A DNA stretch of 64,000 nt, taken from the NCBI RefSeq assembly GCF_963921235.1, contig NC_086097.1, positions 51,648,001-51,712,000 on the forward strand. The letters are read 5' to 3'. Both the position numbers and the translations under genes were made by a program. The DNA is from Mobula hypostoma. Taxonomy: Eukaryota. Of this stretch, positions 36,222 to 49,400 are shown one piece after another. A model generated the notes under the pieces. That model was given only the letters and a program-made list of their open reading frames with translations. It was not told where the DNA came from and searched no databases. Numbering within the stretch: the first letter of the stretch is position 1; each line of letters opens with the position of its first letter.

Positions 36222-37908
36222 TTAAACAAGAGAATGTCTGCATGTGCTGGAAATCCAAGCAACACACACAAAATGCTGGAGGAACTCAGCAGGCCAGGCG
36301 GCATCTATGGAAAAGAGTACAGTCGATGTATCAGGCTGAGACCTTTCTTCAGGACTGGAAAAAATGCTGAGGAGTACATTTAAAAGGTAGGGGGAGGGGA
36401 GAGAGAAACACAAGGTGATAGGTGAAAGCTGAAGGGGGAGGGATCAAGTAAAGAGCTCGGAAGTTGAATGGTGAAAGAAATACAGGGCTGGAGAAGGGGC
36501 AATCTGATAGAAGAGGACAGGAGTCCATGGAAGAAAGAAAAGGGGAGGAGCACCAGAGGGAGGTGATAGGCAGATAGGAAGATAAGGTGAGAGAGGGAAA
36601 TGGGAATAAGGAACAGAGAAGGGGGAGAGGGGCATAACCAGAAGTTTGAGAAATCGATGTTCATGGTTGCATCTTCAGCCTGAGTGTGGCCTCATCGTGA
36701 CAGCAGAGAAGGTCATGGACTACATGTCGGAATGGGAATGGGAAGTAGAATTGAAATGTGTGGCCATTTGGAGATCCTGCTTTTTATGGCAGATGGAATG
36801 AAGCTGCTTGCCAAAGTGGTCTCCGTATGTTGGGTCTCACCAATAGACAGGAGGCCGTACTGGACACTGTATATGACCCCAACAGACTCACAGGTGAAGT
36901 GTCGCCTCATCTGGAAGGACTGTTTAGGGCCCCGAATGGTAGTGAGGGAGGAGGTGTAGGGGCAGGTGTGTCACTTGTTCCGCTTGCAAGGATAAGTACC
37001 AGGAGGGAGATCAGTGGGCAGGGATGAGTGGAAAATGGAGCGATCCCTGTGGAAAGCAAAAAGTGGGGAGTGGCGGGGGGGGGGAGAGGAAAAGATGTAC
37101 TTGGTAGTACGATCCCGTTGGAGATGATGGAAGTTATGCAGAATCATGCTGCACATGGAGGCTAGTGGGGTGGTAGGTGAGGACAAAAGAAACCCTATCA
37201 CTGGTGTGGCAGTGGGAGGATGGGGTGAGGGCAGATGTGCATGAAATGGAAGAGGTGCGGGAGTGGGCACCGTTGCTGGTGGAGGAAGAGAAGCCCTTTT
37301 CTTTGAAGAAGGAGGACATCTCAGTAGTTCTGAAATGAAAAGCCCCATCCTGAGAGCAGTTGCAGCAGAGACAGAGGCACTAGGAAAAGGGATGGCATTT
37401 TTATAAGTGACAGGGTGTGAAGAGGTATATTCCAGATACCTCTATGTAGCCTTCAGCCTCATGGCATGAACATGGATGTCTTGAACTTCTGGTAATTGCC
37501 CACCCCCCCATCTTCACCATTCACCATTTTTCCTCTCTCACCTTATCTCCTTTCCTCTTCATCACCTCCCTCTGGTGCTCCTTCCCCTTCCCTTTCTTTC
37601 ATGGTCTTTTGTCTTCTTCTATCAGATTCCCCCTTCTCCAGCCCTTCATCTCTTTCACCAATCAACTTTCCAGCTCTTTACTTCACCCTCCCCCTCTCCT
37701 GGTTTTACCTATCACCTACCGTCTTCTTTCTCTCTTCCCTCTACCTTCTTGCTCTGACTTCTCCTCTTCCTTTCCCATCCTGATGAAGGGTGTCGGCCCG
37801 AAACGTCGACTGTAATTTTTTCTGTAGATGCTGCCTGGCCTGTTGAGTTCCTCCAGCATTTTGTGTGTATTGCTTTGGGTTTCCAGCATCTGCAGATTTT
37901 CTCATGTT
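36222..37908. mobile_element. Older Penelope-like element with an inverted terminal segment
   Basis: Minus arm 36222-37440 and plus arm about 37450-37908; hammerhead core CTGATGA-AGGG..CCC-GAAACGTC at 37776-37812. Confidence 0.88.
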
Positions 37909-38569
37909 TATAAAAGTCACTGTTGTTGTGGTGTTTATTGAACATAGGGGGCAATGAAGATTCATATATTAGTGGCTTTGGAGTCACATGTAGATTGGCA
38001 AAGGGTGGGACATTTCCTTCTCTGAAGAGTATTTCCGAACAGGATATGTTTGCAATTGGTTTCTTAGAATCCAACCTGCCCAAGCCCCTTGTAATTTTGG
38101 TAAACTCAACAGGTCCCATGGAAAACAGACACAGCCCAATCTTCTCATTATCTTGTTTTCTTTTCAGTTCAAGGGCAATTAGAATGGGTAATGAATGCTG
38201 ACTTTTCAGTAACTTAACATCCTGTGAAGGACTAATAAAAAATCATTGAATGTGAGAAGGCAGGGAAAGACATTTTAAAAACGGAAAGGGAACTGGTTAA
38301 AGCCTTGTTAAATGTTAATACCGAGGGTTCCTTCAGCATTTTAGAATTGAAAAGGTATGTTAAAAATAAACCCTTTACTTCCAATTAAAGCCAGCATCAA
38401 TGACAATAGAGTAGACAGAAAAGTAAAGAGACATTAAAAATGGTGGCTGACGGCGTGGTGGCCACAGGATGCTGGAGGATATAGAATGATATGGAGGATA
38501 TGGAATGAGAGGTCAATTTGCAGGGTGTCGTAATGTACTTTTATTTATTCTTAGTTAAATATGTGTTGA

Positions 38570-39760
38570 AAATTTGATCATGGCTAGAATCAACTCCTGA
38601 CTAAGTAAGGATCTGGACCCACACTGCAATTTGCCTATTTAGGTCTACAGTGGATGCAATATCATTGGCACTTCACGAGGCCTTGGATCACCTGGACCAA
38701 ACTAATGTTCATTGACTACAGCTCAGCATTCAACACAGTTCTGATCAAAAAGTTCCGATTCCTCACTAGAAGACCACAGTTTGCACTGATTGGAAATAAC
38801 ATCTCCACCTTACTGACGATCAATGCTGGTGCACCTCAAGGATGTGTGCTTAACCTGCTGCTCTACGCTCTCTACACCCATAACTGTGTGGCCACGCACA
38901 ATTCAAACGCCATCTGTAAGTTTGCTGATGGTACAACTATTGTTGGCAGAGCTTCAGATAGTAAAGAGAAGGTGTGCAGGAGCAAGATATATCAGCTAGT
39001 TGGGTGGTGTCACAACAACCACCTTGCACTCAACATCAGTAAGACCAAAAAATTAATTGTGGACCTCAGAAAGGGGAAGACGAGGGAACACACACTGGTC
39101 GTTATTGAGGGATCGGAAGCGGAAAGAATGAGCAATTTCAAATTCCTGGGTGTCAATGTCTCCGAGTATCTATCCTGGACCCAAATATCAATGCAGTTAC
39201 AAAGAAGGTATGACAGCAGCTATATTTCATTAGGAGTTTGAGGAAATTTGGTATGTCACCAAAGAAACTCACAAATTTCTAAAAATGTACCGTGGAGAGC
39301 ATTTTAACTGGCTGCATCACCATCTGGCATGGGGAGTGGGGCACTGCATAGGACTGAAATAAGCTGCAGAAAGTTGTAAACTCAATCAGCTCCATCATTG
39401 GCACTAGCCTCCCAGCATCCAGGAAATCTTCTGGGAGCAATGCCTCAAAATGGCAGTGTCCATCATGGAGGACCCCTATCACCCAGGACATGCCCTCAGG
39501 GAGGATGTACAGGAGCCTGAAAGCACATATTCAACCATTCAGGAATAGCTTCTCCCCTCTGCCATTAGATTTCTGAATGGACATAAACACGACATCACCA
39601 CTATATTTTCTCTTTTTGCACTGCTTATTTAATTTAACTTTTTCTTATATATATGCTTCTTCCTGTAATTACATTTTTATATATTGCAATGTACTACTGC
39701 CACATAACAGCATATTTCACTCCGTATGCCAGTGAGATTAAACCTGATTCTGATGCTGAT
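38570..39760 (+). mobile_element. Rex1/Babar-like LINE with RT, degraded
   Basis: FIDYSSAFNT, GAPQGCVL, KFADGTTIVG, LNISKTKKL; (GATTCT)n tail. Confidence 0.9.
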
Positions 39761-41186
39761 ACTTAGAAATGCTCTGTGCCTTTATAAATATTAATAGTAT
39801 AATTAAGTCTGGGATGTTTAAGAGTTGTTATCCATTTCTGTTGCCCTTTTGGACAGAAGATTAGCCTTTTGTGTCCCAACTTAAGTGCAGTGGAGAGATC
39901 AACCTCAACCAAACTTGCTTGTGGAGATGCGTTATGCAAATACTGAGGAAGGCACTGCATTATGTATAATTTACAGAATAAAAACGTAATCCTTGTTTAT
40001 TGACAAGGTGTGCTCTCACAATTTTCATGCAATAATTTTCATTCCTTGTACTGTTCCCTAAAATCAATCTAATTTATGACAACAAGGAGAAATGGAAAAC
40101 ATTTTTTGTGTTAAATTAAGAATATGTTAGGGACCAGATGACACCATGACTCACAGCATTGTTATTTCACTTCACTGAGCTGGGCTGGAATCCATCTTAG
40201 ATTGGAGGCTTGAAAATCTCCTAAACAGAAAAGCATTGTTGCCAAAATTTTGTACAACCTAAAATGTTGTTTGAGATAGGAAATGGGGATTGAACACATG
40301 CAGTAATATCCTTCCCTTTAGTTTGAGGTTGAAGCCCATTGTAAAAATAGAGGAAGTTTTATTTCCTCTTTACCCTTCTGACGTGGCCACAGAGCACTCA
40401 CTGCTGAGAGAGGGTGAGAAATGATATAGTCTTTCAGGAATCACATAGCTGAGCATCACTTGTTCAAGTAAAACAACACACTCAGTACATTTTTCATTCT
40501 CTTTCTAATGAACAGCAAACTACTTTAATAAGATTCCATTGATTGTTGTGTTAACTTCTGGTATACATTAGAATAAATTGGTTCTTTAGTCTGTTGACAG
40601 GTACATACATTTGATTATGTTAGTTAACTCTTTAAATGTCAGAAATGTTCAAATGAGGAAACACTAAAAACAAGGTTTACTTAATAGAATTTAGTTTCTA
40701 AAAACCTAGTAAATAATAGATGACAAATGAACAAAAGCTGAAAGGATAATTACTTAGCTCGCCTTGCTGATTAATGGCATTGACAAAATAATGGCCGCCC
40801 ACTTCTATTCCTGTTATAATTGGACCTTCATTGCCTTTTTGAACATGTTTTTCAGTTTTAAGATGCTTTCTGCTAATAGGTCAACTCTGTTGGAGGAGGA
40901 TATTAAAGCAACTCCAACCTGCTCTAATTGGTATATTTTCCCAGATGCAAATTACAGTTACATGCATGTTTACATTCACCTACCCCTTGGGATCATCAGA
41001 ATACAATTGAGGTTATATTTATGGTAGAAGAAGTAAATTATAGACTATTAGACAGTAAGAACACTTTGTTTTATTTTAGTGTCCCCTATAACAAGATCAA
41101 TTGATAAGTAACTGATTTTGAATCATCAGCTAGAAAAATACCACTAGCTAAAAAATTCTTCAGCAGATGTAGTGTAAAGGAATTTA

Positions 41187-41482
41187 CAATAGACAATAGG
41201 CAATAGACAATAGGTGCAGGAGTAGGCCATTCAGCCCTTCGAGCCAACACCGCCATTCACTGTGATCATGGCTGATCATCCACAATCAGTATCCAGTTCC
41301 TGCCTTATCCCCATAACCTTTGATTCTGCTATCTTTAAGAGCTTTATCTATCTCTTTCTTGAAAGCATCCAGAGACTTGGCCTCCACAGCCTTCTGGGGC
41401 AGAGCGTTCCATATATCCACCACTCTCTGGGTGAAAAAGTTTCTCCTCAACTCCGTTCTAAATGGCCTACCCCTTATTCTTA
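41187..41482 (-). mobile_element. CR1 LINE 3' end
   Basis: Similar to 434-743; (TTGTCTA)n tail. Confidence 0.88.
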
Positions 41483-41671
41483 ATTTAATCTAAAACCTAA
41501 TCAGAACACAACTGAGGTGGGTTATGCTGCTTCCAGAATTTGTCCAATATTTGTCTTTGGCTCACAGCATGCGGCTTTGTTGTTGAATGGCTGGACATAC
41601 AAGAACTGGTTGTGGGCCCAATGTTCAAATGCCCATTTCACTTGCTTTTTGAGCCCCAAAAATAGTTTTAG

Positions 41672-41767
41672 ACACATAGAAACATAGAAAACCTACAACA
41701 CAATACAGGCACTTCGGCCCACAAAGCTGTGCCGAACATATCCTTACCTTAGAAATTACCTAGAGTT
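41672..41767 (-). mobile_element. CR1 3' tail fragment (continues at 42443-42484)
   Basis: Matches the reverse complement of the CR1 end at 61200-61322. Confidence 0.8.
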
Positions 41768-42442
41768 AGATTATGAGAACACTCAGTCCTCGTTTATTGT
41801 CATTTAGAAATGCATGCATGCATTAAGAAATAATGCAATGTTCCTCCAGAGTGATATCACAGAAAAACAGGACAAACCAAAGACTAACACTGACAGAACC
41901 ACATAATCATAAAATATAGTTGCAGCAGTGCAAAACAATACCATAATTTGATAAAGAACAGACGATGGGCATGGTAAAAAAAAGTCTCAAAGTCCCCGAG
42001 TCGATCGACTCCCGAGTTCCTGATAGCAGGTGGCAAAGGGAGAAACTCCCTGCCATAAACCTCCAGGCATGGACAACTGCCGATGCATTGGAAGCACCCT
42101 ACCACAGCTGACACTGAGTCCGTCCGTCCGAAAACTTCGAGCCTCCGATCAGCCCCTCCGATACAACCTCCTGAGTGCCATCCTATGCTGAGTGCTTTCG
42201 ACCTCGCCCGGCCACCAAAACAAGCAAATCCGAGGATTCGGGCCTTCTCCTCCGGAGATTCCGGACCACACAGTAACAGCGGCAGCGAAGTGGGCATTTC
42301 AGACGTTTCTCTAGATGTGCCTCCATACTCTCATGTCTGTCTCCATCAAATCAGAATTGTGTACGGTCCCCTACTTGACAAATAACGGACATCACCACCG
42401 AATGGCCGTGCGCTGCGTCGCGCCACCATCTTCTCCTCCTCC
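41768..42442 (-). mobile_element. Non-coding, CpG-rich LINE-tailed element
   Basis: Starts GGAGGAGGAGAAGATGGTGGCG and ends AATAAA...CATAATC on the minus strand; interrupts a CR1 tail. Confidence 0.7.
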
Positions 42443-43384
42443 ATAGTCCTCTATTTTTCTAAGATAGCCCTCTATTTTTCTAAGTAACCATATCTAACAC
42501 ATGGAAAACAATCTCACACCTAAGCCCTTTTCTACCTTTATTTACAGGTACATTCAAACAGAATGCTCAAACAAATGTATGCTTCTAGATGAAATACTTA
42601 TAACCTCTAACATGACCAAGTTAGTGTTATTTTGCTGAAATATATCTGGTTACTGGATTATGAAAAAAATGAATTACTTTCAAGAATGAAATAAATATTC
42701 CATGTTAATGCCATCTGTTCATACCCAGCCGGAAAGATGTTCTTTGATTCTATTTCAATGAATTCGTTTTGCATTGCTCTTCTCATACCTTTCCAAATTT
42801 TCCAACATCTCCAACTGGCAATGTTTTTTTTCTGAGAAAGCTGCAGGTTCTGGAAGTCTGAAATTAAAAACAAAATGCAGGTAACTCAGTCAAATCTGTT
42901 TTTCCTTTCCACAAATATTGCCTGAACTGAGTTTGTCCAGCATTTTCTGCTTTATTATGGACCTGTTTTCCTTTCTGTGGAAGGTAGTGTGTGCAGTTTC
43001 AGCGTTAACATGAACACTGAACTTGCAGCTATTGTGTCACAGAAATTTACAAAGCACGAGGCCATTTGACCCATTGTGTCCATACCACCTGTATAAGAAG
43101 CCATTGAGTGAAAAACATTAATATTGATTATTTTAAAAATGTTATCTCTTCTTTTTCTCCAGATACTGATTGGTCTCAGGAGACATTTCCCTAGTTGGCA
43201 ATACTACAAGTGAACCTCAGCTAGTTTGTGAACTTTATGCAAAAGCCTAAATTTGCTGTAATAGCAGTTTTTTTCAATTGTGGAAATGGTTAGAGCTGAG
43301 TCCTCTCCTGCTTTGACATGAACACTTTCAGCAGGGGTCCACGAGAAAAAAAATTTCCTCTCCAGCAGAACATAAAAGACCAGA

Positions 43385-45105
43385 GACCAGGTGATTTAAC
43401 GGGACCTGGACAAGGTCAGTGAGTTAAATAGGTTTGATGAGGAGGCTTCTGCTTACCCCTCTACAACCCATCAAGCCCCCAGCTCCTCCCCTCTCAGCCT
43501 CGTCCTTTGTCTCTCTCCAAGGACACTGGAGAGCCAATGACCACAGGCACATGGACTGTCACCTCTAAGGAGAGAGCTCAGCAGACTTCACCCACTCAAG
43601 GCTGTGGGCCCAGACGGCATCAGCCCAGGGGTACTCAAGTTGCGTGCTACTCCGCTGAGTACAGTCTTTCACTGCATCTTTAATCTGAGCCTGAGCCTGA
43701 AGAGGGCCCCGGTGCTGTAGAAAACATCCTGCCTAGTTCCGGTCTCCAAGAAGACATGTCCCACCACGCCCATTGACTACAGACCAGTGGCACTGGCCTC
43801 ACATGTTATGAAATCATTAGAAAGACTGGTCCTGACACACCTCCAGACCATCATAAATCCATCACTGGACCCCCTGAAGTTTGCTTACCAACCACATATT
43901 GGAGTCAAGGACGCCATTATCATCCTGCTTCAATGGGCTTACACCCATCTGGATGAGCCAGGAGGCACTGTGAGAATCATTTTCTTTGAGTTCCCCAGTG
44001 CTTTTAACACCATACAACCTACTTCACTAGGGAGTAAACTCACAGAGATGCAAGTGGATGCTCCACTAGTGGCCTGGATTAGAGACTACCTGTCCAGGTG
44101 GCCAGTTTGTGAGATTGCAGAGCAGTGTATCAGACACTCTGCTTACAGCACAGGGGCAGCTCAGGGGACTGTCCTGTCTCCTTTCCTGTTCACCATCTAA
44201 ACCTCAGACTTCATGCACAACTCGAAGTCCTGCCACCTGCTGAAGTTTTCGGATGATTTGGCAGTTGTGCGCTGTATTAGCCGAGGTCAAGAGGCTGAGT
44301 ACAGAAGGGTGGTGGACAACTTTGTCGAGGGGTGTGGTCTGAATCACCTGCAGCTCAACATCACTAAGACAAAGGAGCCTGTGGTGGACTTCAGGAAGTG
44401 AAAACACCCTCCATTCCTATCTCCATCAGCAGAAGTTCTCTGGGACTACAAATACCTGGGAACTCACCTGGAAAATAAACTGGAGTGGACTATAAATACA
44501 GGAGCTCTGTACAAGAAGGGATAGAGCTCACTATACTTCCTGAGGAGGCTCCGGTTATTCAACATCTGAAGAACTAGGCTGCAGATGTTCTACGACTCAG
44601 TGGTGGCCAGCATTCTGTTCTACGCTGTAGTCTGCTGGGGCAGCAGGGTGAGAGCAGCTGACACCAGGAAGATTGATAAGCTCATCAGGAAGGCTGCTTC
44701 TGTTCTGGGGGTGGAACTGTATTCCCTGGTGGTTGTGTCTGAAAGGAGGATGCTGCAGAAACTATGGAGCATTATGGACAATCCCTCTCATCCCTTCCAT
44801 GACATACAGGACAATCAGAGGAGCACCTTTAGAAACAGGCTGATTCTACCAGGGTGCACCACTAAATGTCACAGGAGATCCTTTCTCCCCACGGCTATAA
44901 GACTACAACTCCTCCTCCTTAGATTTATAAGTATATGGTTTCATTGCACATCTGTATTTTGCACTATTACTTTTTAATACACATTTTGTATTCTTTTTTG
45001 TACCTCAATGGTTACATTTAGTATTTTAAAGTACAGTATATATTTCTGATTGAGCAACCTTGCAACAATAATTTCCTTTGGGATAAATAAAGTTTTATCT
45101 TATCT
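43385..45105 (+). mobile_element. Rex1/Babar LINE of a different subfamily, degraded RT
   Basis: KAVGPDG, DYRPVAL..HVMKSLERLV, LDPLKFAY, QGTVLSPFLF, KFSDD; tail AATAAAGTTTTATCTTATCTT. Confidence 0.92.
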
Positions 45106-45977
45106 TAAAAACAAGACCATTAATAACTGCTAAAGTGACAGTGATTAAAGTCAGCAGAAATTGGAAACATTTTTAAAATATTTTGATTTTGATGGTATTA
45201 TACAAAACTGAGAGGTACCTCTCCTCACCACTGTACTGGGAAAGTGTGTAATCACCAGGATATATACATATTGCAAACTCATTAAAAAAAAAGCTATTCA
45301 AGTAGTTCTAAAGGGTAAAAAAAAATTTGGAAGTGGCTATTGTCAAAAAGCCTAAATCATCATTCAGCAAAAGAATAACGTATTTCTGAAGACTGAGGAC
45401 AATTGCTATGAGGTTAGACTTTAAATGCTGATTCCTCTAGTCGGAGTTGGCATGGAAACAAACCTTTTCAAATTTATGGGGTTAACTCTTCAAAGGTATA
45501 AATTGCACTTGTATTTTTTCATAGGAACAAAACAATCTGCAGTTTCTTTCCAAAATCTATATATCAAATTGTAAATGAGGGCTTATCTTAAGACAACAGT
45601 GTGGCAAAAATGGGATGTATATTTCCTATGATTATCTGGCCATTTGTAGGCACTGGCTTGTGCTGAGAGCTCCATCTCATAAAATTACTGCTCTCATCTG
45701 CAGTATGCCATTGTTACATCTGATAGCATCTGAAGCTCAGCAAATTTGAAATACTTTATCTATATTGCCTGAGCACACGAAACTCATTCCTCTCATCTCC
45801 GTTTCTGCCCTCCAATGCCCCAAACAGTCCTTTCATGCTTAAAAGGTATACTCCTTTCAACTTTATATAATATGCTTTTGATCCAATCTCTTCTACTCTG
45901 GAGAGGCCAAGCATAGCTAGCGTAATTACTTTGTGGAATGCCTCCTCCGTTAATTCTGAACACAACTTTGAGGAAGG

Positions 45978-47075
45978 TTAGAGTTGGGAGTTTAACATTC
46001 AAGGACGCATGCTGTATCAAAAGGACAGGTAGGCAGGCAGAAGGGCTAGCGTGGCTCTGTTGGTAAAAAATGAAATCAAAACCTTAGACAGAGGTGACAT
46101 AGGATAAGAAGATGTAGAATCCTTGTGGGTAGAATTAAGAAACTGGCAGGGTAAAAAGACCCTGCTGGGAGGCCTCCAAACAGTAGCCAGGATGTGGACT
46201 ACAAATTGCAGGAGGTAGAAGAGGCATGTCAAAAGTGCAACGTTGCAATGGTCATGGGGGATTTCAATATGCAGTAGATTGGGAAAATCAGATTGGTACT
46301 GGATCCCAACAGGGGGAGTTTGTAGAATGCCTGCAAGATGACCTTTTAGAGCAGCTCATGGTTGAGCCCTCTAGGGGATCAGCTATTTTGGACTGGGTAT
46401 TGTGTAATGAAACGGATTTGATTCGGGAGCATAAGGTAAAGAACCCTTAGGAAGTGTTGATCACAATATGATAAAATTCACCCTGCAATCTGAGGGGGAA
46501 AGGCTAGTGTCAATATATCAGTATTACAGTGGAGTAAGGGCAATTACAAAGGCACGAGAGGGGAGCAGGCCAAGGTTGATTTGAAGGGGACACCAGCGGG
46601 GATGACTGCAGATCAGCAATTCTGGGGGGAATTTGAAAGGCACAGGATAAATACATCCCAAAGAAGTATTCTAAAAGCAGGATGACACAAAAGTGGCTAA
46701 CAAGGGAAATCAAAGCCAACATAAAAGCAAAAATTAGTGGGAAGTTAGAGGATTGGGAAGCTTTTAAAAATCAACAAAAGACATCTAAAAAAGCCAAAAG
46801 GAGGAGGAGGGAGGGAACATCAACTCAGACCATGAGAGGCCTGCGTCGGGCATTTTCATGCCTTACAAGGTGCAGATTGGAAGTCTGTGTGGGGCGCCAC
46901 TCCTCACACAGATACTAGAGCAATGTGTGGTTAAGTGCCTTGCTCAAGGACACAAACATGCTGCCACAGCTGAGGCTCAAACTAGCGACCTTCAGATCAC
47001 TAGACGAATGCCTTAACCACTTGGCCACATGCCCAACAAAAGGAGGAAAAAGATGAAATATGAAGGTAAGCTAGA
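45978..47075 (+). mobile_element. CR1 ORF2 endonuclease fragment
   Basis: Paralogous to 23520-25260 (VESLWVEL, MGDFN, ILDWVLCNE). Confidence 0.85.
46806..47037 (-). mobile_element. tRNA-derived CORE-like SINE, full length
   Basis: A and B boxes; (CCT)n tail; TSD AAAAGGAGGA (46796-46805 / 47038-47047). Confidence 0.9.
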
Positions 47076-49400
47076 CCTGCTGCCCAGTAAGTTCCCCATG
47101 ACTCTATCAAGCACATGCACCACAGCACATAAGTTTACTCAACTGCTGAGTGAATTCCTGGACCTCACCAAGTCAATGTTCTCCAGTCACAAGACATAGG
47201 GTTGAGCACCACATTCAAACACACAACTGCCTGTGCACCGAGATTGGACTCAGAAAACCAAGCAACCGCGAAGGCTGAGTTTGCCAACACTCAAGGCCAC
47301 CACTCCTGATCGTTACCTGGTCGTACATATTCAAGACTTTTCATCACATTTAGCCGGAAAGTTAATTTTTTCCTAAGTTGATCTAGTTAGGGTCTACCAT
47401 CAGATGCCTGTATACTCAGAGGACATTCCCAAAACAGCTATGATAACCTTGTTAGGCGTTTTTGAGTTTCTGCACACGTAACTTGGATTGAAAAATGCAG
47501 CACAGACTTTCCAACGGCTGATGGTCTTTGTATTAAAAGACTTTGATTATCTTTTTGTTTACCTGGATGACATACTTGTCACCAGTGTGTCGAAATCTGA
47601 ACACGTATCTCATTTCCACACACTTTTTGAGCACTTAAGCCAACATGGGTTGATTATTAACCCTGCTAAATGCCCGTTTGGGTTGTCAACCATTGACTTT
47701 TTCAGCCATTGCAGAAGGTGTGAAACCCCTCCCATCAAAGGTAGCCACTATTATGGATTTCCCACCACCCTGCACTGCTAAAAAAAAGTACAGGAGTTTT
47801 TAGGCATGGTGAATTTCTATCACCACTTCATTCCGCAAGCTATTGAACTTATGCCCCCGCTGTAGAGTGCCCTTAAAGGCAATGCCCCTAATCAAGTGCT
47901 TGACTGGTCAGCGAACATGATTTAATGATACCAAACAAGCTCTTTCTAATGTGACCCTATTGGCACACCTGCTCCCCAATGCATCCATAGCCATTACTAC
48001 TGACGCCTAAGACTATGCTGTGGGTACTGTGAATGAACAGCTGATCAGAGACGTGTGGCAGCTGCTTAACTTCTTCAGCTGGCAGCTCCGTCCCCTTGAA
48101 ACATTTGACCTTGAGCTTCTTGGTCTCTATCGGCTGTCCGCCATTTTTGTTTTCTTCTAGAGTGTCGCCGTTTCACAGTATTTGTTGGCCATAAACCCCT
48201 CGTGCACACGATGGCCAAAATATCAGACCTTTGGTCTGCACAGCAGCAACATCAACTGAACTACAGATCTGAGTTCACAATGGATATACAATATATCAAG
48301 GGGGAAAAATGACGCTGTGGCTGATTGCCAGCCATTGATGCCATACACGTCGGGGCTGATTATGCCAGTGTGGGAGCCAAGCAAGTTACTGATAAACATC
48401 CAGGCTTACTGAACAGTAGTCACAGGCCTGTAGTTGGCTGCTATTAAGTTCGGGGAAGCTGGGGTTTTTCTCCTGTGTGATGTCTCAATCGGTCATCCTC
48501 ACTAAATTTGTTTAGCACAGCCTCAGAAAGGACGTAAGTGATTGGACTGCAGCCTGCGTGGAGTGCCAGCTGGCAAAAATTAACTGTTATATTCAGGAGC
48601 CATTGGCACCTTTTGAGGTCCCTGAGTGATGGTTTGACTATGTCAATGTCGACATTGTTGGTCCTCTTCCCCACTCCTACAGTTTCACGTACCTTCTTAT
48701 CATGGTGGACTGTACCACCAGGTGACCAGAAGTCATCCCTCTGTCGTTGATTACCAGCCACAGATGTGGCTCAGGCATTCATCGGCATCTGGCTTGCGTG
48801 GTTTGGCATTTCCTCTGACCGCATTCTCCAGTTTACTTCAGACCTCTGTGCTGTGATGGCCCAGAACCTTGGCGTTAGGATACATCACACCATGGCATAT
48901 CACCCACAGTCTAATGGCTTATGTGAGTGGTTTCACCACTCCTTTACGGCTGCTCCGAGGGCTTCCCTGACCCATGTGTGTTGGCATGATCATCTCCCAT
49001 GGGTCCTGCTGAGGCTCAGAACAGCTCCAAAAGATGACCCATAGTCATCGGCTAGATGCACACCAATATCCCGAGGCCCCCTTTTGATGGCCTGTTCTGC
49101 GTTTTGGAATGGGTAGAAAAGACCTTTATCATAGTGTATGCAACACACATCAAAGTTGCTGGTGAACGCAGCAGGCCAGGCAGCATCTCTAGGAAGAGGT
49201 ACAGTCTCGGCCCGAAATGTCGACTGCACCTCTTCCTAGAGATGCTGCCTGGCCTGCTGCGTCCACCAGCAACTTTGATGTGTGTTGCTTGAATTTCCAG
49301 CATCTGCAGAATTCCTCGTGTTTGCGTTATAATAGTGTATTATCACTTTTATCTGAGTGTATTCCAGTAGATCACCTTAAGCTGGCCCAGCAAGATTTGG
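47076..49400 (+). pseudogene. pol: Decayed CsRN1-like Gypsy pol (RT-RH-IN); no LTRs seen
   Basis: HQMPV..EDIPKTA, LKNAAQTFQRLM, VYLDDILV, HVNVDIVGPLP-like, HTMAYHPQSNGLCE, LPWVLL.LRTAPKDD. Confidence 0.85.
49140..49326. mobile_element. Miniature inverted Penelope insertion (187 bp)
   Basis: Two inverted PLE terminal segments; 14-bp TSD TTATCATAGTGTAT / TTATAATAGTGTAT. Confidence 0.9.
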
